A stretch of 63,822 bases of DNA, the filler included, from Platydemus manokwari (Eukaryota), in NCBI GenBank assembly GCA_037951405.1. It is 6 parts of 6 records of this genome, joined end to end, with 100 filler letters (N's around TTAATTAATTAA, not from the genome) between each part and the next. Parts side by side here need not be neighbours in the genome. Positions count along the whole stretch, not along the records: positions 40,796 to 54,957 come from JBBMOY011515856.1; positions 55,058 to 63,822 come from JBBMOY011353537.1; 4 more parts are not named here. One strand, written 5' to 3'. A program made the translations under genes and the position numbers. The notes under the pieces were generated by a model. It had not been told where the DNA came from. It made no database searches and saw only the letters and a program-made list of their open reading frames with translations. The stretch's first letter is position 1; each line of letters starts with the position of its first letter. Shown here in pieces: positions 53,950 through 63,822 of the stretch.

Positions 53950-54200
53950 ATAAAGGGCTAAGCAACAAAACGCTTTGATTCGCAACAGGAGATGAAGACA
54001 TTGATCGAAAAAAACAATTGGCGACCAATTGTACTAACACACTTTAGATACAACGTGTTTACAGGCACTTTAACTGATTGCTTGCTGAAGCGAGTAAGAA
54101 TCATCTGTATTTGAACATTACTAAACCTCAAATAAAACGGTTGCGCTTGTTTGACGAGATACAATAAGCATATCTAATCAGTTAATGTTCTCGAACCTGT
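53950..54200 (+). mobile_element. Non-LTR retrotransposon reverse-transcriptase fragment
   Basis: GDED...NNWRPIVLTHFRYNVFTGTLTDCL resembles the LINE RT block 'KGD....NWRPI.L....YK.FT..L..RL'; stops follow. Confidence 0.6.
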
Positions 54201-54957
54201 GAAAATATGTTATGAAGGATGATTTTATGGATATCAATTTCATTATTTAATTGCAGTGTATAAATACCACCAGTAATTCAATTTATTACCTCATAATTAA
54301 TCAAAATAAAAATTTAATCTTTTAAGGCTACTTGGACGATCATTGTTGGTGTTTTATTCATCGCATTAGGCTCAACTGTTGGATTTCTGTGGTTCGAGAT
54401 TCTGACACTCAATTGTTAATTAATCTATCATTTCGGAGACATCCCATAGGGATTTTTGGGTCAAAATAGGTAAACTAGGTCTGCTGTTTTCGTATAAAGC
54501 GTTACTGCTGTATTTTCGAAATTGGTTAACCGAAAAAGGATCTTCTAATTTTCTATATTTTCATTTCGCTTGGAGTAACAAATGATAGTGGTGATTCATT
54601 TTTTTCTCCAAACGTTCTAAGATTAAAAGGGTTTTTGAGTCATCCCCAATTGGGTACGAAAATATCTGAACTCGTCATTATATTTTTATCGACTCTCGAG
54701 TTAAGGCTATTGTTTTCATAATTCGGTGAGTTCTCATCCGTAATAGAAGATGTACTGAATCTCACTTTCCTTTTGTTTCTCATTTCATTTCTTGAGTAGA
54801 CAATACTTGTGCTAATAGAACTTTTATAAAAGTAAGCAAAACATGCACTCCAATCAATCTGGCTCAGACTTGCCCAAAGAATATGAATTTATCCCAGAAT
54901 TTATCATGGTATTGGACGTCGCCTCTTTATAATGATTAGAACTTAGCAAGAATATAT

Positions 54958-55057
54958 NNNNNNNNNNNNNNNNNNNNNNNNNNNNNNNNNNNNNNNNNNN
55001 NTTAATTAATTAANNNNNNNNNNNNNNNNNNNNNNNNNNNNNNNNNNNNNNNNNNNN
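54958..55057. other. Artificial assembly spacer
   Basis: N44-TTAATTAATTAA-N44. Confidence 0.98.
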
Positions 55058-55228
55058 ATCATTATGATTAATTTTGTCTACTCTATACTAAACAGTATAC
55101 GAAATAAGATTCATTACAATAACCCAAGATAACAAAAATTGTTAATAACGATATTTAGTAACCAACACTTAAGGATTACGAAATCAAATATCTGAGAAAA
55201 ATAAAGATCCAAATTTATTTATTGGAAT

Positions 55229-57948
55229 TTAAAGTTTATCCAAGAATTTATCTAACAAAGGGACATCATCAGATAAACCCTTTCGCTTTCTTGTTTCCTT
55301 CACTGTTATCCCTGGTTTTGTTAACGGATCCAAAGGACTACCTGGGAACAATTGCCAATGGTCAAATACGCATTGAGGAAAAGCTTGGCCTCCAGTTTGG
55401 GCTCTTAAATCAGATGTAAAATCTAAAAAAGAAAATGATATAATAAATATTTAATAAACATTTTACTGAATGATTCGTTGACCGGTAAATGAGCCTTTAC
55501 AATGTACTGCGGTGTACCGGCTACCTGCATCTCAGAAAAAATAATGCCTCTTCTTTTATTAAGTGTACTATAAATTCCACCTAATGAGGCTTCAGGTCCC
55601 TGAATTTCACATTGATAAACAGGTTCTAACAAACATGGACCAGCTGTAAGAACACTAGCATAAAAACATCTTCGAGCAGTGGGGATTATTTGGCCCCCTC
55701 CTCTATGTATAGCGTCTGCATGCAATGTAACATCATGAATATTAAATCGTACACCTCGCATGTTTTCTTCGCACAGAACACCATCTTTTGTAGCCCAATT
55801 AAATGCAGCAACTACACTGTCTTTAATTTCATTTAAATACTGAACACCTTTCGAAACATCCACCACCAAATTTGGACCAGTTCCATCGGGGCCAAAACAC
55901 CAAATTTTTCTTGATTCGGTAACATCCCATTCATAATTATCAACTAAAAACCGCCCTCTTTCTTTAATTTCACTTCTAGCTGTGATTTTACCAGAATCAA
56001 TATCAACAGCCAATTCTTCACCCAAAGGACAAGAAGTCATATATAGCCTATTGTGTTTATTTGGTGATTTACTTAAACATATTTCAGAGCTTGTTTGTGA
56101 TACTGACTCTCTATATGATACAACTGGATCACTCTTTTTGATAGGAATACAAGCATGTTCTTCTTCAAGATCTTTAAGACAAATTTCTAAATGAAGTTCA
56201 CCTGCACCTGCTATTATATTTTCTCCAGACTCTTCTATAGAAATCTGAACCATGGGATCGGATTTAGCAAGTCTTTTTAATCCCTCTACCAACTTAGGTA
56301 AATCAGCTGGACTTTTAGGTTCAACTGCAACACGCACAACTGGACTAACACTGAACTTCATAACTCTTAAATTATGAGCGCCTACAAAAGTTGTTATGGT
56401 TCCTGTCTTAACTAAATATTGATCAACACCAACTAAACCACAAATATTTCCGCATGGAACATCTTCAATAGCTTCGACATACCTTCCCATCATTAAAATA
56501 GTTCTTTGAATACTTTTTTCATAAAGATCTTCCTTTTTACCTACCACATAATTTGGTCCCATTATTCGAACTTTTTGACCAGTACCAACTTTTCCTGAAA
56601 ACACTCTTCCAAAAGCATAAAATCTTCCTTTGTCAGACGTTGGAACCATTTTGCTTATATACATAACCAAATGACCAGCGGGATCACAATTTTTCATAGA
56701 AACAGCAATTTCATCATCCTAAAAACAGTCAATTTGCTACAAAAAATTAAATTATTACTAATGGTCCTTCGTATAACAAATCAGTTCGATATTTTTGCGA
56801 AATGGCAGGACTTGGTAAATGAATGCAAATCATTTGTAGTAAGGTGTCACCAGCAGGAAGCCATTTTCTCATAATAGATTTCAATAATCCTTTTGGCTGA
56901 AGAGCTCTTTCATCACTATCCAGTTTAATACCCATTTTCGTTGCTAATTCGATGGCATCTTCTAGAGATTTACTCATAACAGTGTTAAAAACTGTATAAA
57001 TTGGTTTTAAAACAAATTGATTGAATCCTCGAACGCCTTCATCAGATTTTTTACTCCATTTTTTTGTTTTTTCACTAAAAAAGTTATCACCCCATAACCT
57101 TTTCATTAATTTGTCAGCTGATGTTTGGAATTTCTTAGCGTACATATCAGCGAAATTTTTCACTGTAAAAGCCCAACTTTGTAAACCAGAGCCAAATCCT
57201 ACTGTTCCATTTTCTGGAGTTACCTAAATATTTAATTAAGCCAAATATATAAAAATATTCATTTACCTGAATATCTCCCATCGGCCCATCTAATTCACCA
57301 TACTGTGATATAATTACATTTACACTTTCAATAACTCTTTGAAATTTTTGATATAAATCTTCTGGTTCACACTGTAATCCTTGCACTGCCATATCCATTT
57401 TGTTCATAAAGAGAACTGGCTTTATACGTTCCGCAATTGCTTGTCTTAGCACTGTTTCCGTTTGAACACATACACCTGAGACACAATCAACAACCACTAA
57501 GGCTCCATCGGTAACTCGCAATGCAGCGGTGACTTCACTACTGAAATCGACATGGCCAGGTGAGTCAATAAGATTAATTAAAAATCCTTTTTCGTCAGTT
57601 TTACCATCATCACTTAAAGCAACTGGTTGAACTTGCTTAACAGATATCAAACTATCTTCACTCATCTCATTGTAAAGTGAGATAGCAGTCGACTTAATGG
57701 TAATACATCTTTCTTGTTCGTCTTTCCGAGTATCCGTAAATCTTGCATCACCAGCCTTTGCACCAGCTATTATACCAGCTTTACTAACCAATGAATCGGT
57801 TAGTGTGGATTTTCCATGATCAACATGAGCAATGACACTCATGTTTCGGATGTTCCTCTTTTTCTCCATAAGAGATCTTATTTGCTCTATTGTAAAGTTC
57901 ACCTACATATATCATAATATTTGCAGAATCATAATACAAATTTACCAT
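55229..57948 (-). CDS. EEF2: Eukaryotic translation elongation factor 2; exons 57946-57948 (ATG only), 57267-57902, 56759-57223, 55467-56718, 55229-55422
   Basis: M|VNFT...[53 protein letters not shown], diphthamide site [18 protein letters not shown]-terminus FLDKL*; four short GT-AG introns in correct phase. Confidence 0.99.
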
Positions 57949-58699
57949 GGCTAATTCTAGTTCCAATTGATTACACGCAATTAAGTGAACAAATCAGAAA
58001 AATAAATATAAACATCCAACAGTGGATTTAAACAAGGTGTTAGTAAAGATGAATAACAATAAACCCACAAAATAAAATTCACTATTTTTGCAAACCGTAA
58101 TTTTATTACAAAAATTATACAATTTTGAAACAACTTGGATACATTAAATGTAATTAAGTTATGTCAAATATTATTACATAACATTATTTAATATATTAAT
58201 TTTATTGCTTAATTTTATAATTATTTAACGATAATCATTACTTTTATGTTTATTTAGTTTGTGACAGGTACACCCTACTTAACATTGAAATTAAAATTTC
58301 GAGTATTAAATTTTTTTCAGACTTTAATATCTTAATTTTAAATTTATCAAAATTTAGGATTGACATTAAAACTAAAACCTTTGAAATAAAATTTCCACAA
58401 ATTATTAATAAAATAAAATCTTTACAATATTTTTACCTTTGTACAAGTTATGATCTAATAATATATATTTTCAATATTTTATTTGTGATAAATCGAGTTA
58501 TTTCATTTTTCCAGTGGATTTCCAAAAACATTTAGTGGCGATTATTTTTTCCATGATTCGAAGTGTCATAAGAGCCAACATCGCCGTGAGTCGATGACAA
58601 ATAGCATGTATAACGTCGAAGACAGAATATTCCAAATAAATTCTTTCGATCAGTTGTTAAGATCTAAAGAATTAACAAATCTTTTAGTGGTTTAACTGA

Positions 58700-59120
58700 T
58701 TAACTTAAATAAATAATTTATTATCGATGATTTAAGTATTACTTATGATGTAAAGTTATGAGTAGATAATTGATGTTTCCACCAAGGATCTGACAATTAA
58801 CAAATAATTAGTCAGCGATGATTCACTTGAAGAAATTCTCTACTATTAAAATTTAATGCAATGTGTTTTTGTTTATTATCGGGGAGAGAAATTCTATGCG
58901 ATTAAATTTTATCATACAGAGAAAAATTCTCTCTTTTTAAATTGAATCGACTTAATATTTTATTAGTTGTGTGTATTTATTATTTTTCAATGATATTGCG
59001 CGATAATATATTACAGATTAATATTAAAATTATTTTATGGATTAATTTATTAGACACAGAATTTTAATGGGTTTTACTGATATTATTATTTTAAATATTT
59101 ATAGATAATAATTATTACAA
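58700..59120 (-). mobile_element. LTR-like dispersed repeat, partial copy 3
   Basis: AGAGAAATTCTAT, AGAGAAAAATTCTCT, TGCGCGATA and terminal AATAATTATTACAAATAT are collinear with the 3' half of 39466-40557. Confidence 0.5.
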
Positions 59121-59839
59121 ATATCCAATATATTATGTATATTTTTTAACAAACTGATTTTGCTAAAAATTTCCAATAATTGTCAAGTCCTTAAAAAATA
59201 CTGATTAAATTTAAGATAAAAATATATCAGATAAAAAAATGTATCTTCATGCAGAAACATACAATTGTCATATAAATGGGTGTACATCGGCATATAAAAT
59301 TTGATTTAATTTAGTCATTTTGGCAAAAATCAAACATGTTTATTATATTATAATTATTTATGTTTTATATTCAACATACCTTTAGTGCGCACTTTTTGAT
59401 TTACAGGTTTAAGAAGAATTGGTCAGAGTAGGCAGAATAAATGTTTTTATGGAAACGATTAAATATAAAATTTTGGGTTACGATGTTTTAAACTACTTTT
59501 CATTGGTTATAGAGGACACCGGTAACACCTATGAAGAAGATGTTACCGGAATAATAACCTGAATTATCTAAAAGTTGTTTATTTATTAGAAATGATTGTT
59601 GAAATGAGGTTTCTATTCCTGTTGCAGCAAGAATGATTGTAAATTCACTAAACCAAAAAATATTAATAGTGGTTGATGAAAATATCTTTATTTCCATAGT
59701 GGTCAGAAGTCAATATTAAAATTTATTTAGGAAGAATGAAAATTTAACTAAAAGGTTTTGCTAAAATGAGTGGCAAACTGCACAAAAAAATAACCACGAA
59801 TTATTTTGAAAATATTCCAAATGGAAGAGCAAAGATATC

Positions 59840-61660
59840 AGTTTAAAGAAATGCTTTAAATTTAATTAAATATTACTTAGATACACATCATAAACTTTGT
59901 AGTGTAAAGGAAAAAGTATAAATAAAAAGATGAAACGTTCAAGTGAAGTTCCTGCACAAAATAATGGGCTCCTCAAAATGATTTCTTTTTCAGAGAAATA
60001 CATATTTTTCGTTGATTGATTTCTTTGATAATATGTCTTCTTCGTTGAATAAATAAATAATTCACTAACTGATATGCTCTTCATCAATTCTACTTCTTGG
60101 GTTTCTATTCACTGAAAATTAAGGGATGTTTTATTTCATATATTTTTTGAAATTCAATAACAATTATGATTTGTGGTGACGTGTGTTTGACCCTTATAAA
60201 TAATACATTGATTGCATTTCCAATTCGATTTTCTGTGTTACTCTGCCAATTATCTCCAGTGTATTATCCTTTGCACAACGTAAACCTACCTTGGTGTATT
60301 CTATATGTTCCAGTAATTTAAACATATTTTTGTAAATAACGTTTATTCTTGTTCCTGTATCTAGGAAACACTCAAACTTTTTATTTTGAATTCTTATAGT
60401 GGTGTTTGATCTATCATACGAAATCTTTGAAGTTTTTAATTCCTCTAGGGTTAATCGCGTCGTTTCTTTTTCTTCCTTACTTCCTTCTTCATAATTTTAT
60501 GAGTTTTTTCAGTTATTTTATATTAATTTCTTTCACCTATTTCTGTGAAGTCACTCTTAATCTTTTTATCGTTTTTATTCTTTTTTTTTACAAATTACAT
60601 TATTTGAATTATCTTTTATACTTATTTTATTATTATAAGCGTTACTTATATTATAAATACCAGTATAATTACTTAGACTTGCGCTATACGATCCACTATT
60701 TCGAGGTCAGAGATAAGCGCTTTAGTTCACAATTCAACTTTTGTTCTCCAGTTTAACGGTTTGTTGGTGTACTGCAGCAACCCGTCCTACATTCCTGTAA
60801 TTTGGCTTCTTCACAACATTGTGGAATCGTCCTTTAAAGTTTCTCTTACTGTTAATAGAAGTTTCAATAATTTTGACCTGTATCCATTGCGTGCGTTAAT
60901 ACTGTTCCTGCATGTAGCGTTTACGTTTTTTCCAAATTGAGGCAATTGTCGATATCGACATCTATTACACCTGATTGAATTTGGGTAATTTCTGGCTAAT
61001 TGACATCGTTTATTACAAGTATGACGCGTGACAAACTTCTGAATATTAAAATTTCGTAATATATGACCGGGTTTGTTCAAGGTATAGCAATTCCTTCTTA
61101 CAGTCTTCTTTGACGTATTAATGGTTGTCTTCTTGCAATCTACCCATCTGCAACAATGTTCACAATTTTCTCTTCTCAGACTTCATTCAGCTTTGTAATC
61201 ACCGTTTAAATCTTGGGTAAATCGACGATGTCTTGGATCTTTATGTCATTCTCTAATTATGCGTCATCTGAGCAATAAATGCGATAAGATCTTCTTTGGT
61301 CTTCTTTTGCTACTTAGTGTGGTTCGTCGTCTGTTCTATCTTATTGAAAAGCACTTCTACAGACTGCTTTTGGTACTGAAAGGCTCTCAACCAACTTTGA
61401 TCCAATGACCTTTTCTAACCAAAGAATTTTCGCTGTCTTTCCCTATAATCCTTCATCTCATCTGAAAGTGCCTGATATTGAGCGATCGTGCAATTATTCA
61501 GTGGGACTATTACAAGTAGATTCCTCATTTATTAAGTGGTCTTGCAAATATCAAAATATTGGTTAAAAATTTTGATAAATTGTTGGATATCATCTAAAAT
61601 TCTGTTTTTTATCCGAAACAAGTCAGTTCTGGATTATATCCATGTGATTGGTCGCCAAGT
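59840..61660 (-). mobile_element. Decayed Ty3/Gypsy gag-protease region with PBS-like sequence
   Basis: PBS-like TGGCGACC at 61650-61657, degenerate CCHC knuckles (CYTLNKPGHILRN; IRCNRC) at about 60900-61100, aspartic protease motif FECFLDTGTRINVI at about 60340-60380. Confidence 0.7.
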
Positions 61661-62362
61661 TAGTGGTAACTACATTACTTAAATTTTGAAATTTCTTTGA
61701 AAATAGTCATTGATAAGTTTTCGTGAAACATTTATCATTCAAAACAAATTAAACGTTTTAAAACAAATTAAAATATTTTCAAGAGAGATCCAATTATTGC
61801 CAGTTTTAACCTATAGCCTAACATCAATCATCAGAAAGATCTTAATAATTTGTATAAGATTTAACATATTTAATGCATTCGCACCCTGACGCGGCAAAAA
61901 TAATCTTTAAAAGTGAAATGTTAACTTTTATAATCACAAATGACCTTCCATATTTGTGTTTGAAAGATGTTGAGGTCACTGAACCCAACCCCATAAAACC
62001 CTGATTGTACATCATTCATTTCCATAATTTTAGAAGTTGAAATAGTGTGATGATTGATCGTTAAATAAACACAGGAAAAATAGTAAAACTTGCATCCGTA
62101 TCTCAAATGTATATCGCTATTTAATGTATCTCGGTATCAAATCAATTATGTACGATTATGCACTTTATTGAATAAATAAGTCGAAAGACAGGAAAGAACA
62201 CAGCTAAAAATAAGCAACAAAGCCATTGACCAACAAACAATGAGACAACAATTATCTGAGGATTTTGTCATTTTTTTGACTCAATTGTGTGCGGACATTA
62301 CTCTCAGCTAATCCTGGATAAACTATTCTGACTAATCGGTCTGTTTGGTTTTTATCAATTAC

Positions 62363-62415
<53 letters not shown>
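62363..62415. repeat. (ATA)n microsatellite
   Basis: Perfect trinucleotide run. Confidence 0.95.
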
Positions 62416-62417
<2 letters not shown>

Positions 62418-62687
62418 TAATAAATTAGAAAAATATATAATAATAAATTTCGAATGTAATACTATAACTAAATAAATTAATAACGAGATAAGAAGATTTG
62501 CAAGAAGTAAGTACTACAATTAAACAGCGGCTTTAAGCACAGAATAACGTGACAGTATATAATATTATAAAATTAACATCAATAAATAAAATACACAATA
62601 AATTAGATTAAAGTTCAAATTATTTACAAATAATTATTTAAACAAACATTTATTATACATAATTATTTAAATTTATAATTAATTAAT

Positions 62688-63587
62688 TTATCTTTGTCGT
62701 GTAGACAAATTTGTGCTTACTTGGTTATGGGTAAAACATAGTTTCATTCTTAAAAATCGATTATTTAATGAAAATATGATGAAATTTGAGACGCAATTTG
62801 TATAAGAAAGATTCGTTATGGATCTCGAGATGGAAATATTTGGTTTCAAATAAAAAGCCAATAATGGAATAGTAGCGAGTACATAAATAATATTAGTTTC
62901 AAAAGATATTAGAGTCAGCTTTAGAAATTCGGCCATTCTTTGCTGATTGTTTATCGACTTGTTTCTGTGTGATTTCAATCCAAATATTATAATGATGGAA
63001 AGATAAATTAATACATTTAAGCCTCCGAATGTAAGTAGAGTTACTGAATAGTAATAATAGAGAAAATTTCTTGGTATTAATGATTTCACGCAATCATATT
63101 GCAATATAATGAACGTTCTGCAAACTAATTCCACTGTTAGTTGAGTCAAAATTAAATATATGAAGAATATTTTCAAAATAACTTTTGTATTCCACCACGA
63201 AGCTAGAGGTTTGACAATGATAAAGAACCGATCGATTGCTAGAATATTAAATATCAATAATTCTGACACATAGACAGTATTCTTAGTCATGAGAGCAAAT
63301 TGAGATACTGCTGGGGTAATGTTATCTCTAAACAGAAGCATAAAACATTCAACAAACAAAGCTAGAGCCGTCATAATGTCTGTGAATGCCAATGTTTTCA
63401 TTATCAATTGAAATGTCATTCGACTACCTAGAATGGGTTTGGTGTGCTTATAATACCAAATCGATAACATAATGTTCACAATAATTCCCGTGATTGATAT
63501 GGGAAAATAAATTACATAATGATACCATAATAGAGGAGATCGAGAAAGATTATCTTTTAAACAATCAGAAGTATTCAGGTCTGCCAT
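62688..63587 (-). CDS. Intronless rhodopsin-family (class A) orphan GPCR, 299 aa
   Basis: Seven hydrophobic segments; TM1 GIIVN, TM2 LAFTD, TM3 LAIDRF, TM6 ATIP, TM7 NCVSNFIIF; N-terminal NTS sequon. Confidence 0.88.
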   Translation of the reverse strand: MADLNTSDCLKDNLSRSPLLWYHYVIYFPISITGIIVNIMLSIWYYKHTKPILGSRMTFQLIMKTLAFTDIMTALALFVECFMLLFRDNITPAVSQFALMTKNTVYVSELLIFNILAIDRFFIIVKPLASWWNTKVILKIFFIYLILTQLTVELVCRTFIILQYDCVKSLIPRNFLYYYYSVTLLTFGGLNVLIYLSIIIIFGLKSHRNKSINNQQRMAEFLKLTLISFETNIIYVLATIPLLAFYLKPNISISRSITNLSYTNCVSNFIIFSLNNRFLRMKLCFTHNQVSTNLSTRQR

Positions 63588-63822
63588 TGTTACTAGAAAA
63601 CAATTGTGTTTTCACGAAATTCGCTACGAAATCTTTGAATTGAAAATGAATAGTAGAAAATTCGTCTCTCGTTTATTTATATTTCAACCAATAATCTTTC
63701 TGAAAATCTCTATCTATGATTTAATTAAAGTATAGAATCAAAATATTTCTTAAATTATAATTTTCATAAACCATTTCTTTAATGAGGTGAACATTGAATT
63801 TAGTGAATGCAATTCAGTCTTA

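Noticed and set aside
54018-54028. TGGCGACC as an LTR primer-binding site
   Set aside because: It encodes W-R-P of the NWRPI motif in a non-LTR RT fragment, and no LTR precedes it.

Overview
AT-rich, intron-containing eukaryotic DNA, most likely from a flatworm and probably a planarian (inferred from the eEF2 sequence, the 40-60 nt introns and the repeat landscape). The window is six contigs of about 9-14 kb joined by an artificial 100-nt spacer (N44-TTAATTAATTAA-N44), so adjacency across spacers is not guaranteed. Host genes that can be rebuilt exon by exon: the 3' part of ACTR10/Arp10, a DUSP22-like phosphatase, a 605-aa orphan protein with a C-terminal KH-like domain, CMC1, GTP-dependent PEPCK (last exon(s) missing), complete eEF2 and an intronless rhodopsin-type GPCR. 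A decayed intronless SLC25A10 (dicarboxylate carrier) copy lies in PEPCK intron 1. The most unusual part is contig 21073-30431. It holds Polinton/Maverick (adintovirus-like) relics: packaging ATPase, a 23-aa tryptophan-repeat protein, a split PLA2, a retroviral-type integrase and an open pPolB N-terminus with a vOTU-like motif. About 1.2 kb upstream of pPolB on the same strand is a chuvirus-like glycoprotein fragment, raising the possibility of a fusogen-bearing Maverick in flatworms. The rest is decayed Gypsy, RLE-type non-LTR, mariner/pogo/CACTA and LTR-like repeats. All homology calls come from manual translation and motif recognition; no database searches were run.
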